A stretch of 62,961 nucleotides of DNA, filler included, from Collodictyon triciliatum (lineage: Eukaryota): assembly GCA_043381765.1 (NCBI GenBank). It is 4 parts of 4 records of this genome, joined end to end, with 100 filler letters (N's around TTAATTAATTAA, not from the genome) between each part and the next. Parts side by side here need not be neighbours in the genome. Positions count along the whole stretch, not along the records: positions 31,544 to 47,210 come from JBHJMP010001648.1; positions 47,311 to 62,961 come from JBHJMP010001649.1; 2 more parts are not named here. One strand, given 5' to 3'. A program made the position numbers and the translations under genes. This document shows, one piece after another, positions 39,701 to 56,800 of the stretch (position 1 is the first letter of the stretch; each line of letters starts with the position of its first letter). Under the pieces are notes generated by a model, which was not told where the DNA came from, made no database searches, and saw nothing but the letters and a program-made list of their open reading frames with translations.

Positions 39701-42428
39701 CTCTTGAATGCGTAAAGCGCGATATCCACATCCTGTATATATATATATATATACAAATGATACCGCTTCCTCATCTATCTATCCATCCAATATTTAGAAT
39801 GTGGCAGTGGCTTCACCATGAAAATTGAAGGAATGTTTAAGGATATCGAACTGTCAAAAGACATCATGGATAACTTTAGACAGGTTGTTTGGACTAACTT
39901 ATCCTTGCAATTTGCTTTTTTTTTTCGACCCTACTGATGAACAATTAAGTCGTCACATAGGCTTATGTCGAGTGTATGCAATAAAGGCATAAATTAAACC
40001 TAATTCCTGAGCAACACATACGCGACTCATAGTCACGAATAGCTTCATCACTACCCCAAGACATTGATGTATACTTTAATGTTCTATCTTCTGGGCATTG
40101 GATTGCAGATAAACCAGTCGCAATAACAATCCCTGCTGAGGTATATATCTGTTTGTTTGTTTGTTTGTCTGTTTGTTTGTTTGTTTGTCTGTCTGTTTGT
40201 TTGTTTGTTTGTTTGTTTGTTTGTTTGTTTGTTTGTTTGTTTGTTTGTTTGTTTGTTTGTTTGTTTGTTTGTTTCCTTGTTGCAAAAATAAAATTTTATT
40301 GGAAATCTTTCTCTTCGATTGTATTGCTCCTAATTTTGCCAATAATATTTGTGTTTTAATCGTAATTAAGAAACGAAAATTCAAGCATGATACTATCGTT
40401 ATAAAAAAAAAAATAGCTGTCAAGACATCAGGAGGCGTTTGTGTGTTATTACAAGTCCTGCCACACCGGACGTCTTTTGCAGTGGCAACATAACTTGGGT
40501 CATTGTGTTGTTCGCGCCAACTTTCCTCAGGTATCGGAAAATTCTTCCTTTCATATTCATTTAGCTAGCTCTCTTAGCTCTTAATCTCAAAACTGAAACC
40601 CAGGGGCGAAAAGAGCTCACGCTATCGTTTCTACAAACAATTGTCTTGGTGTTGTTCAACGAGAAATGCACTATTTCATTCAGAGAGATATTTGAAAAAA
40701 CGAATATCGGTACCATTATATTCATGAAATGAATGTATCTGTCCCATGTGATGAATCCATACTCCTTCATTTTTTTATCGGATGATTAACGAATTGATGG
40801 GCGGTATGCATATTGCTTTTTATTTTTCGAAACTATTAACTTATATTAAAACTTTTTCAAAAATTAATACAGAGGTTGTAGAATTGAAGAGGACACTCCA
40901 ATCTTTGGCATGCGGCAAAGTTCGCGTCATTCAAAAGTCTCCAAAGGTAAACATTGCGTCGGGAAATAAAAACATCTGACTGGCTCTTGCCTTTTCTTTC
41001 CTTCTTTTCTTTTTATTTTTTTTCTCGCCCTTTCTTTTCTTCTTTCTTCTTCTTTCTTCTTTCTTCTTTCTTCTTTCTTCTTTCTTCTTTCTTCTTTCTT
41101 CTTTCTTCTTTCTTCTTTCTTCTTTCTTCTTTCTTCTTTCTTCTTTCTTCTTTCTTCTTTCTTCTTTCTTCTTTCTTCTTTCTTCTTTCTTCTTTCTTCT
41201 TTCTTTTCTTCTTTCTTTTCTTCTTTCTTTTCTTCTTTCTTTTCTTCTTTCTTCTTTCTTCTTTCTTCTTTCTTCTTTCTTTTCTTCTTTCTTTTCTTCT
41301 TTCTTTTCTTCTTTCTTTTCTTCTTTCTTTTCTTCTTTCTTTTCTTCTTTCTTTTCTTCTTTCTTTTCTTCTTTTTTTTCTTTTCTTCTTCTTTTCTTCT
41401 TTCTTTTCTTCTTTCTTTTCTTCTTTCTTTTCTTCTTTCTTTTCTTCTTTCTTTTCTTCTCTCTTTTTTCTTTCTTTTTTCTTTCTTTTTTCTTTCTTTT
41501 TTCTTTCTTTTTTCTTTTTTCTTTCTTTTTTCTTTCTTTTTTCTTTCTTTTTTCTTTCTTTTTTCTTTCGTTTTTCAAGCTCATACGTTCCCAAGAGAAG
41601 ATACTAATGGTTATAGTCGAGAGAGAACCTTCATTTTATGATGTTTTGTAGGGGAGAGATGTGGAAGACGATGACGAGTTTACATTCAACCATGAATTTA
41701 GTAATAAGCTGATGAAGATTAAAGTCAACACCATTCAATTTAAAGAGACGGTATATTCAATATTTACCAATTGCAAAATAGGCTGCGAAGCAAAAACTCT
41801 TAATAATTTTATTGTATATCGAGGAATACCTCCAAAATATACCCAATTTCATGACGATGATAATAAGTGAACATTGAAATTCAAACACAAAAGGCTGAGG
41901 AAAATCAAGCTATCAACGAAAAAGTTTTTAGAGACCGTCAGTATCTGGTTTGTTATTGCATCGCATTTTATTATCCAAGTAGACTTTTTCTCTCCAATTT
42001 TACGAAGAATTGAAATGAGTGTCTATATGAATCATTTTATAATTTTGTGCCTTCACTATCATTCTGGCAGTCAACAAAATACCATTTGTAAAACAATAAC
42101 TGGGTTGGTATTTTTAAACTCCTCTATAGATTGACGCTGCAATAGTTCGAATTATGAAAACAAGAAAAACACTGAGCCACAACATGCTGATGTCGGAGCT
42201 ACTCAGCCTGCTAAAGTTTCAACTTAAGGTTTGCATATTTATATCTATGGTGTATATTAGTCCTCTTTTCTAAAAGAGAAACGTTTCTGCGCCATGGAAG
42301 AGACACTCATGTAGCTTTTCAATCATCGATAGCCCCAAGACGCAAAGAAGCGCATCGAAAGTTTGATTGAACGTGATTACCTCGAACGGGATGGTAGTGA
42401 CACGAACACGTACCGCTACCTGGCTTAG
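36717..42428 (+). CDS. CUL4: Cullin-4, 23 exons
   Basis: [85 protein letters not shown], the neddylation motif [13 protein letters not shown] and [16 protein letters not shown]...YRYLA*. The LRAGNKE and LGKSAS motifs are CUL4-type. Confidence 0.93.
40150..40274. repeat. (GTTT)n microsatellite in a CUL4 intron
   Basis: Directly visible. Confidence 0.95.
40991..41569. repeat. About 580-bp polypyrimidine compound repeat in a CUL4 intron
   Basis: TTCTTTC and TTTTCTTCTTTC units. Confidence 0.95.
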
Positions 42429-42741
42429 AAAAAAGAATGGAGATTATAAAAGATAAAAGAAACAATAATTAACATTGGAAATCGTTCCAAATAGGCGAGC
42501 GTTTACCTCGTAATATCACAACCGACGAGAATTATGGCTACGATTATTGTTGTTTTCTGCTTTTTATCTTTATTTTATTGCGCATGTTTATTGAGGAGGC
42601 ATTTGTTCTACACCAGTTTATTTACTCCTTTTGCTTTCTTTTTTTTCTTCACACCGATATCTTTTCCTCACAATTCAAAATCTTTATTTTGGTTCTCCTT
42701 GGTTTCTTCTTCACCTTTCAAAGGAAATGAAAACAAATGAA

Positions 42742-47008
<4,267 letters not shown>

Positions 47009-47087
47009 GTTTGGCTTTGCAGGTCATGAATGAGAATTAATTGGGGAGCGGCAAGTGTGATAAATGCATAGCTGGCAGAAGTGATGG

Positions 47088-47468
47088 ATTTCTTTTTTTT
47101 TCTTTTTTTCTGTTTTTCTTTTTTTCTTTTTTCTTTTTTCTTTTTTCTTTTTTCTTTTTTCTTTTTTCTTTTTTCTTTTTTTCTTTTTTCTTTTTTCTTT
47201 TTTCTTTTTTNNNNNNNNNNNNNNNNNNNNNNNNNNNNNNNNNNNNNNNNNNNNTTAATTAATTAANNNNNNNNNNNNNNNNNNNNNNNNNNNNNNNNNN
47301 NNNNNNNNNNTTTGGTTTTTTGGTTTTTTGGTTTTTTGGTTTTTTGGTTTTTTTGTTTTTTGGTTTTTTGGTTTTTTTGGTTTTTTTTGGTTTTTTTTGG
47401 TTTTTTGGTTTTTTGGTTTTTTCGGGGTTTTCCGTTTTTTGGTTTTTTTGGTTTTTTTGGTTTTGTTT
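47088..47468. repeat. (T)nC and (T)nGG repeats around an N gap with a linker
   Basis: Directly visible. Confidence 0.9.
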
Positions 47469-48018
47469 TAGTTTTAACTCGCGGCGACACGTTAAGATGT
47501 ACTTGTAAGCACTGTAAGTTCGGCACCGGCACAAACGCCATTTTCCGCAGCCTTTTTTCTGTGGTATCATGAGCATATATGAGCGACTCGAAAGCTTCTT
47601 CTGATCCATTCAAAAACAACAACAAAAACAAATGAATAAAGTTGGATGAACATAGACTCAAAGTGCAGATTATGAGCAGCTTGATAACCTCACTTTTTCA
47701 TAGCTGCTCTTCTCGCATGACCCCCTTGTCGCTTTATAGTAGCCTATCCCCAGCTTACCTCTCGAAAAGAGATTCTCATTTCGGCTCCAAAAAAAAAAAA
47801 GGCAACAAAAAGAAAAAAAAGAGCTAAAAAAAAAAGAGCTTGGCAATTCGTAGTTTCGTGAACAAAACAAAACGCTTCGCTGATCACTTTCGCACAAGAC
47901 TCAAGCCAAGATCAATAGAGTAGACTATTTATATAATAATAAAACAAAGCTATTATTTCAATAAAAAAAAAATCATTAGGAGGCTCAGCAAACGCAGCAG
48001 CAGCCTCTTTCCTTGCAG

Positions 48019-48327
48019 ATGAATTCGGAGCCCGCTCAAACCAACCACGATCCCTTCAACTTTACACAGCTTCACGGTGCAGAGTTTGCTAACAGTGATC
48101 TGGCGCTCAACCAAGCAGACTACTTCGATGCACGTAATTCAAAGAATAAGATAAAACAAAAAAAAACTAGACAAAAAATTGCAAAGGAAAGGGCATGAGT
48201 GGAAAAGCAAGAAATCAAAATATAAATATACCTTATTTTTAAAAAAAAGTATAAATAATTAAAGTTGATAATAGAATACCATATTTAAAAATCAAGCATG
48301 GTTATCAATATTACAAGAACAAACAAA

Positions 48328-48416
<89 letters not shown>

Positions 48417-50431
48417 AGTTGGACTAATTAAACAATCAATAAAGAATCACAAAACCATAACCACATATAAAACCGCACCCAACTCTCAACAAACACCCAG
48501 AATCAATCGCCGCATCACGGGGCAGAACCAACCCGTTCTTCGAGGCACACGGCCTGCCCACCGGACACATCCTGACTGCCCGCGAGCGTCTAAATCCGCC
48601 TCTGTGCGTGCGCCTTCCTCTGCAACTGCACTCTTTGCTCTGCACGCGATTGTCAATCTCGCACGCACGGCTTCTGCACATCATCCTCGTGGCCCGCACT
48701 CTGTCCCCGCCGCTTGAGTTGCCTCCGCACAGCCGAATGCGACCGTTCGATATTGCACACATCCCGGCCGAGCGGGACAATTCGCTCGAGTGGACGTGGC
48801 CGGATTTTACGGTCGAGACAACAGCGCGCGGAGCCCACCGCATAGCCATCACGGCCGAGGTTTGGACACCGCAAAGTGCCGATGATAATTCAAATGCTGG
48901 CGATGATTTTGCAGACACTGCGGATACACTGGTAGTCGGAAACCCTGTGATGCAGGCAGACACGCGCACTGCCAAATACACTGACGAACAGACGCGCCGC
49001 CGCGATTATCTCCGAGAACAAAGCGTTCTGCGAGCCACGCACTATGTGCTCTTTGAGGTTGTTACATTTCCGCCTTTGGATGTCGCCCCGAACCGTAGAG
49101 GTCTGCATCGGCTTCTCAGCAAGCGCCTTATCGCACAGTCGCGACAGGTGGACTTTGCAGTCACAGACCCTACAGTGAACCCACCTTTGATCTACACCAC
49201 AGACCAGATCATAGCCACGCTGGCCCGTCTATGGAAGGACAAAGCAGTGCGCGTCCCTACTGCATCCGACTTTGCGCATCTGCTCTGGTCGGTGCGTGTG
49301 AAAAACGCGGCGCTGAATGCGGCGCTGGCTGATGTGTGGGCAGAGTCCGAGTACAAGGTCACACTTCGTCTGCAGATGGATCTCTTGGCCACGCTCTCAA
49401 AGAACCATGCACTCCTCGCCCTCTGGGATGACGGTTTCATCTATGGCATCCACACACCCAGTGAACAGCAGCAAACTCATATTCGTCATCATAGTCATCA
49501 TCATGTTCATAATCATGGCCAACAGGAGCCGGATTATCTGCGCATATGTGTCGGCCAATCTCTCGACCCTGTCCTGATACTCGATCAGGCCTCTGGCCGC
49601 AGCCACGTTCGCTGGCACTTCGAACCTGGCTGCTACTCTGTTGTCTGCCCAAATAGTGGAGCTGTCACAAGAACACGACCACGTGACCGCAACCACAGCA
49701 AGAATCTGTGTGACATTCTGGGTCTCTCTGAGATCCAGCTTGTTCAGAAGGCCGACAATCAGATCATCATGAAATCAGACTTTATTACACACCTTTGCAA
49801 TGCTATGCAGCGTAGAGGGAAAGCTGTTCAGCGGCGTGCAAAGTATTCAGATTTTGTGGACCAGAGCTCTATCTTTGCTTCATCCACATCAAATCTCACG
49901 ATTGCTAATATTTCTTCTGCTGTTACTGCTGCGTCAATTCCAGTTATTCAAAATGAAGCTGCAACTTCTCATCTCCATCCTTCTTCTAATTTACTGGCCG
50001 ATAATCCACCGTTCAATGAGACTGAGCTGTGTGATTACAACCCGTATCCCACAAACATGGACCCCTTTGCCACGGACTCCTTTGACTCGTACGCAAATCC
50101 ACACAATGATAGAATCAGCCCCTGGCGCACTGGCGAGTCTGCAGATGACACCTTCGCTAGTAACTTCGTGCCTTGGGGCGATGCACTTACCTTTCAGCAA
50201 TCATACCTGGATTTGCCGGGACAAAGTTTCGAGGGAAATCTACGTTCGAGCCAGTTGCCAGGTTCAAGCTCTTTGGCGAACGGCACCTGTTCGCAACCCT
50301 CTCATACACAAACAATCACCGCCTCAACAACAGTCACCACAACAGACTCTCCGTCATTTTGGATTGCAGACCCTGATGATTATCCCATCGTGGGCAACTA
50401 CTACTTGCCTCCTCGTGCAGACCCGAGTTGA
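48019..50431 (+). CDS. Two-exon unknown protein with a possible velvet/Rel-like Ig-fold N-terminal domain and an acidic S/T/P-rich C-terminus
   Basis: Exon 48019-48133 (MNSEPAQ...DYFDA) splices in frame, via a gtaatt...cccag intron (48134-48500) containing a poly-A tract, to the long ORF ending at 50431. Confidence 0.7.
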
Positions 50432-50831
50432 GTCCTCATCTGTGTTTCAAAGGAGATTGGTTGTCTGTATATCTATTAGTACTTTTTCTCCTTTCTCTCC
50501 TCCATTCTCTAACTTGGCTTACTTTGCTTTTTGAAGTTTTTTTAGTTGTTTTCTTGGTTGTTTTCTTAGTTGTGGATGCTCCTCGTTTCACGTGTTAAAA
50601 TTATTATTGTTGGAGACATTTTATTCGTTCGTTGATGCTGTTCAACAGCGATAGAATTAGTGCAAAGCTTTTGTTCTTTTATTTCCACAATCCTTTTATT
50701 CTTCCTGCCATAAGCAAGCAGAGAATAAGAAAAAAAATGTTAATTGTTGCCAAACTACAAATATATTTCCCATTCCAACTTTCTATCCACCGTGTCGTGG
50801 AAAAAGTAATAATCCAGACATATCGGTGGGT

Positions 50832-53800
50832 CTAAATCGGCTCCACAAAACTCGATGCGGTTGGTTCGTCTGTTGGATGCAAATCTGATTGTTCCTTGGG
50901 CATCCTCTGATAAGCCGTGTGTGGCTGTCCCGGGATATTCCCGTGAACCCCTGTCAAAATATACGTCCTCATCTGTCCTTTCCCTTTCACATCCACTCGC
51001 CCGCGAGACTCAAATGCAAACTGCGCCGACAAACGCTGCTCAACTTCCTGGGTCACCTGCGAAAATCATTCAGCGAGGCGGTGTGCATTAGAGACCGAGA
51101 AATAGATAGGAAGATGGAAAAATAAAGGATGATAAATACGCCCAGCAACTTGGTATGAAAAGGAGATATATCGAAACATCTAAACGAAACACACTTGAAT
51201 CTGACCGCTCACTCCGCAGCTCTCCATGCGGGATGCTATATTGACTGAGAATGCAATTCATGTTCAGAATAACATAATAGCGCATGATTCTATAATTTCT
51301 GCTCGCATGCATAGTGTGAAATAGCTCAATCTGATAACGGGTAAAAATAAAAGAAAAATAGAGCCTTAAAGCTTTCTTTTGATGCACAAAATTACCTGCG
51401 TCGCCCCAAACATCATAGATGTACTTTGTAATTCCTAAAAAAAAAAAAAAAGAATGGGTGGTGAACAGGACATCTTGATTCGTAAAAAGATTAGAAAAAT
51501 TCAATTATGATGACATTGCATATATACTTCTTTTTTAAAAAAAAACAAAAAAGAAACTAACCAACAACGCCGCCGACGATGGGGCCGATATGTATCCCGA
51601 TTCTCACAGTAATGTGGCTGTCGATATGCGGAAATTTTCTGGTGATTTTATTCAAAGAAAATGAGTTTATGTTTTGAGATGTTGTTAATGATATTCACTT
51701 GCACATTAAAGTAGATTTTATATAGTACTCCTTGGAATTATATTGTATTTCTTGCTTCATACTTTTTTAGAAGTGCCCTCTTCACGTCAAGTGCCATCAG
51801 AGCTGCTCGTTCCAGATGATTCTTTACATCCAGAGATAAACCTCCCACAATCTAAGTAATCATTCATATACAATTAGTTGGAATAATAGCTTATCACAGA
51901 ATATGCATGTTGCTCTATATTATGTTCTTCAGTGAGTCGGCGCGAAAAAATATGCAGTAAACCTAAAGGAAACTGCAAGACGTAAAAAAAACAAACCATG
52001 TAAGCGTCGGATATTGTTTTGATTTTCTCTAGTTCGTACGTGCCAACCATCCTATCCAGCATCGAAAATAACTCTAATGAATGTGATGGTTTTATGAGTA
52101 AAAATTGAAAAATTCATTGTGATAGTCAGGCACGAATTAAATTACTGGAATCGCTATCCTACACACGTACTGACTTTGATTTCGAATATTGCGATACATT
52201 CTTCGCTTGATGTCTGAAGGATAATAAGAGAAAGCATGGAATAACTTTGTACCATTCAGTATCTCAATTCTTTGAGCAGTTCTGAGTGAGTCAGTAATTC
52301 CATGGAAATTGAAAATGTCGATAAACATAACTGTGGCATCTGCAAAGTACTCAGGGTCGACCTAATTTTTATGTATTCATAGGAACCATGACTATTTATC
52401 TTTCGCAAATAAAAGTGAAATCAGTAATTCCCTCCATAACAATAAATAAATCAAAGTATGAACATGGCTACTTTTATAACTAACCTTTCCTGTTGTTTTA
52501 AGTTTGATGTATATGGTTTCGGGGAGGATGCTAAGAATAAGTGCTTCGGCACTAATAAAAATTCAAGCGTAAGAGAAAAAAATTGGATGGCTTCACAAAC
52601 AGCTTGTATTTGAATAACGATGTAAAGATGAGCTTAAAATTTTTTATAACTAGATGTTAATCAATGGCAGTCTATACAAGATTATCATACCATGCTTTAT
52701 GTATTAAAAATATAAATATTATACTTTTTAAGTGAGATTACAAACCGGCTTTGATGGTCGGATAATTCTTCAGCTATTCTAGCGTTCAGCTTCGTTGTCA
52801 CTGAGGATTTTCGGGAGGAATATTCTCTCACCCATGAAATACATATGGTAACGATGGATGACGGAAGAAAATGGTGGAAGATTTCCCATGATACTATGCA
52901 CGTGTTTTTTGGTCGGTATACGTTGAAAATCGACACGTAATTATCGCCAGCCAAAAAAAGTAAAATAAAATAAAAAAATTGATATTATTGCCTATTGATT
53001 GAGAATAAATTTGTATCTAACCTGACGTGTCATGGTGAACGAAGGAATCAAACACGCTTGCAACCATAACACAGTGCAAAAGAAAAGCCCAGAGCGAAAT
53101 CCAGAAGCAATGTGTATACCTGAGTCTAAAAACAAATATATGCAACGTACATATTAGAGGTTGAAGAGATTCTGTTGCTCTTCTTGGATAAAAGAATAAA
53201 TAAAAATTTTTTTAAAAAAAATAATATGCATGATACACTGACTCATCGATTCAAATTTCACCTTGGGCATGTAAGCATGTACACATTAAAGAAGGTGTAA
53301 TCAGACAGCATGTAATGTAAGCTGAATTCTGGGTTCACAACTTTGTCAATAACTCCCGTATTTGATATGTAAATATTTCGTGTCATGGACAAGGAGAAAA
53401 GAAGGCACAATAATCCTGCCAACATCTATCAACCCAATTAATTTAGTCACATTCACGGATTTGATTCCGTTCATACTCTGTGAAATATCGAAAGTATATA
53501 CTTTGGAAGACATATTGGTTACCTTTTCTCTGTGGTCATATGAGTTGAACCACTCCATTGAAATGAGTCCCGAGAATAAACAAGTAAAAAAGACGATTCC
53601 AGCACGGAACATAAATACTTCCCAAACAAAACGTGTTGCAAGTGTTTCCAAAAGCCCCCAGAATACTGAAAGTACAATTATTGCGATTGCATATCTAGCG
53701 TACATAAATAATAGAATTATGATACTATCTATTAGATTATATATGACAGGCCACTTAAAAGAAACGCTCAAACCATCTCAACATTGAATAAAGATAAATA

Positions 53801-56800
53801 TGTTGTAAAGCGTTGTGTTCTATACATTTTGGTCAATTTAAACCGATTCTCATCGTTCCAACTTTCGTTCCAATACTCCAATTCCAAATCCTCATCCTCA
53901 AAATATATTTTCCATGGCTGTTTGGAAATGCTGTAAATTATGTCAGTCATCAGATTTTCGGCAATCCTGGCTTGCGATTTTCTTTTCAACACCTAACGTA
54001 GAAAAAAAAATCATTTTTTATATTAATCATTTGCTGTACGAAACATCATGGTTTAACAAGGTTTATACCATTACCAAAGAGAAGAAAAAAAAAAGCTAAA
54101 CATCTATATGGATATTTACAGCCGATGACACATTGTCGATACTTCCTCGATTGTGAACAACATTTCTATCTATGTTTGGTACTGGGAGCATCTGTGGATT
54201 TCTTTTTAGATATGTTATCTTTCTGATATTCAATAAAGAACGTGCTATGAGTATAATAATATTGTGTAAATAAAAATATCTTCTCCTTGGATGGATTTCA
54301 ATCGCATACTTGATATTCTTGGGCATCCGTCCCCTGACTTATGACGTGCAAATGTCCGGAGAGTTGTGACGAAGTATGAGACGGTGCTCCAGGTGAGCTA
54401 TTGTGGGATGCTTTTCTGTCGATAACCTGATGAGGGATTCGTTTAAGAATAAATTTAAAGATGAAGACACGAGCAACAGGAATATGAATGACTTTACTGA
54501 TTTGTTGAACATATTGGGTTTTTTCGAACTGTTGAATTATTACCCAAACTATTTTAAGTGTAATTAAAAAAAAGCACTCACAAAGTAAGATACGAGAGGA
54601 TTCCCTTCATGGTCGACAGTCTCTCGAAGTGCGTAATTAAAAATATCCTATTTGTTTCAGATTGAAGGTGATGGGATATTATGAAAATCATGAGATAAAT
54701 ATACTCATACATATAAAAAAAAAATACCATTTTAAAAAACATGATATTGTTTCCAAATTCTTTTAACATGAACCTGGGTGACTTCACATGTAGACTTTGA
54801 AACATGCACTTTCATCGACTCGCCAGTTGACTCCATAATATGCGCCATTTTCACCGCTAATGAAGATTATATGCTTAGGTAATATATCTATTATATGAAA
54901 GAATACAGAAATGTAAAAAAAAAAAAAGTATTTTCTATTATGTTCTGATTTTATAGTCTCGTTTTGCATCGGTTCCTCGTTTCTTTTTTGTTTCATGTTT
55001 TATGTCTTATGTTTTGTTTCATGCTTTGTTTTATGTTTTATGGTTTATGTCTTATGTTTTATGTCTTATGTTTTATGTCTTATGTCTTATGTTTTGTTTT
55101 ATTGGAAAATGAAAGCAGGCATATATAATTATAATTAGCTTGAGACTGGGTCTCGTTGTATAGTGAGAGCGCTACCATATCCAAAGAGTTCAAACGTCCG
55201 CTTCGATTTGCCGACGATACCAGAGTGTGCTGTGCCTGTGGCGATCCCGATTCTGATATTGAAGTCCTTGAAAGCCTCGTTACTGGCTGTACATATATGA
55301 ACGTAGATAAAGTTGTTGCCACTTTTTGATGCAATATCGATCCATGGAAAAATATAATGATATTATTTTATCTCTTTAGGTACCTTTCAGTTGATAGACG
55401 GTGTGAATCATGTTCAGTGCAAGGTGAACCACGTAAGCATGCGATTTTTCATGGAGAGTAGGAACGCCTCCAACGACCTTTTTTAACATAGAAAGAAAGT
55501 GAAATTATGTGAATGTTTTGTATTGAATTTGAAAGAAACCCTAGTAATATTGCAATTGTGTAAAATTGAAACCATGTAAGCATCTCCGATGGTTTTTATT
55601 TTCTCCAGATTGTATCTAAGTCGAAGAAACTTATTAGAATATGAAGATTCATTGCCTTCGATAGTCTTAGACTAATTATAATCGCATTTGGATAAGAGAA
55701 AGTTGACTCATATTGGCGTATATAAAGCAAGAGACAAACCGAAGTGCGATGTAATCAAAAGCCCTATATCGTTTTATATGAATGAAAAATTGATAGCATG
55801 TTTCAATACTCTTACATAAAAGAAATATAGCAATAATAGTAATGGCAGTAGTATTTTCAGGAAGTGATATCTCACGAAAACATCTGGTTCAAGAGAGATA
55901 TCAATTCGGAGGGATTGAATCCTGAACTAAGTGAGGTGAATGAAACGACATCTGCAAAGAGAACGGTGCAGCTTTGATAGAAACTAGCGAATTCAGCCAC
56001 ATCAACATCATCAATCGATTCTGGTTGCGAGGTGGGCGATCTAAGACGGTGTACAAGGGGGAAAAATCGATTGATAAACTGTATAAAAAAGTCACTATGA
56101 TAGCCAGCTTTCTTTTTTTTTTTTTTATCTCCTAATTCTTTTGAATGATACAACTTCAATTTGTTTGCACAGAAAAAATTTCCAAAATGTAATTAGTGCA
56201 GAAGAAATACTCGAATGACGCTTGTATTTTCAGTTGCATCTTTTCGGCAATGTGCTTGGGATAAATATTGTTGAGAAGCTTTTCTGTCTTCTTTTTTTCA
56301 ATAAAGAGGTCAGCCTGGTGTTGTTCAAGGAGCTGGTTCAGATAGAAGCCCTTTTAAAATAATAGAGGAGTGATTGTTGAGATTGAAATATTACAATTGG
56401 ATATGGTAAGCACCGAATGAAGAAATACACATAGGTATAAGAATGTAAATTAAAGCAACATAGATTACTCATACATGTCGTTCCTGTTTCTCCGAGTAAT
56501 ACACACTAGGGATGAAAATGAAAAACACCAAAAGCACCGGAGCCGAGACCAGAAAGGCATGTAAAGGCTTCAAGTATGCAAATGACGATGCAAATAAAGC
56601 CAATATGAGGATAGTCAAGCGAGGGAGAAGAATGTGTACGAGCGTAATGCGGTAAACATACAGGAAAGCAACCGTAAGGTAAATCGCCGTAAATTCTGGA
56701 ATAAATTTGTTGTCCAGTATTCTTGAAAGAATGATTACACCAAATGTAAATATTTGGAAAGTGGTAATGATTTTGACCAAATGTTCCTGCATGAAGGAGT

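Noticed and set aside
40931-41607. Long K/E/R-rich or F/L/S-rich ORFs (also 21112-21867, 27419-27756 and 36492-36788)
   Set aside because: These are translations of microsatellites in introns or intergenic DNA.
47311-47465. (T)nGG run resembling a telomeric repeat
   Set aside because: The unit length is irregular, the position is internal, and it resembles other simple repeats in the window.
48327-48415. Long poly-A tract as a retroposon tail
   Set aside because: It sits within an intron, with no element body or target-site duplication seen.
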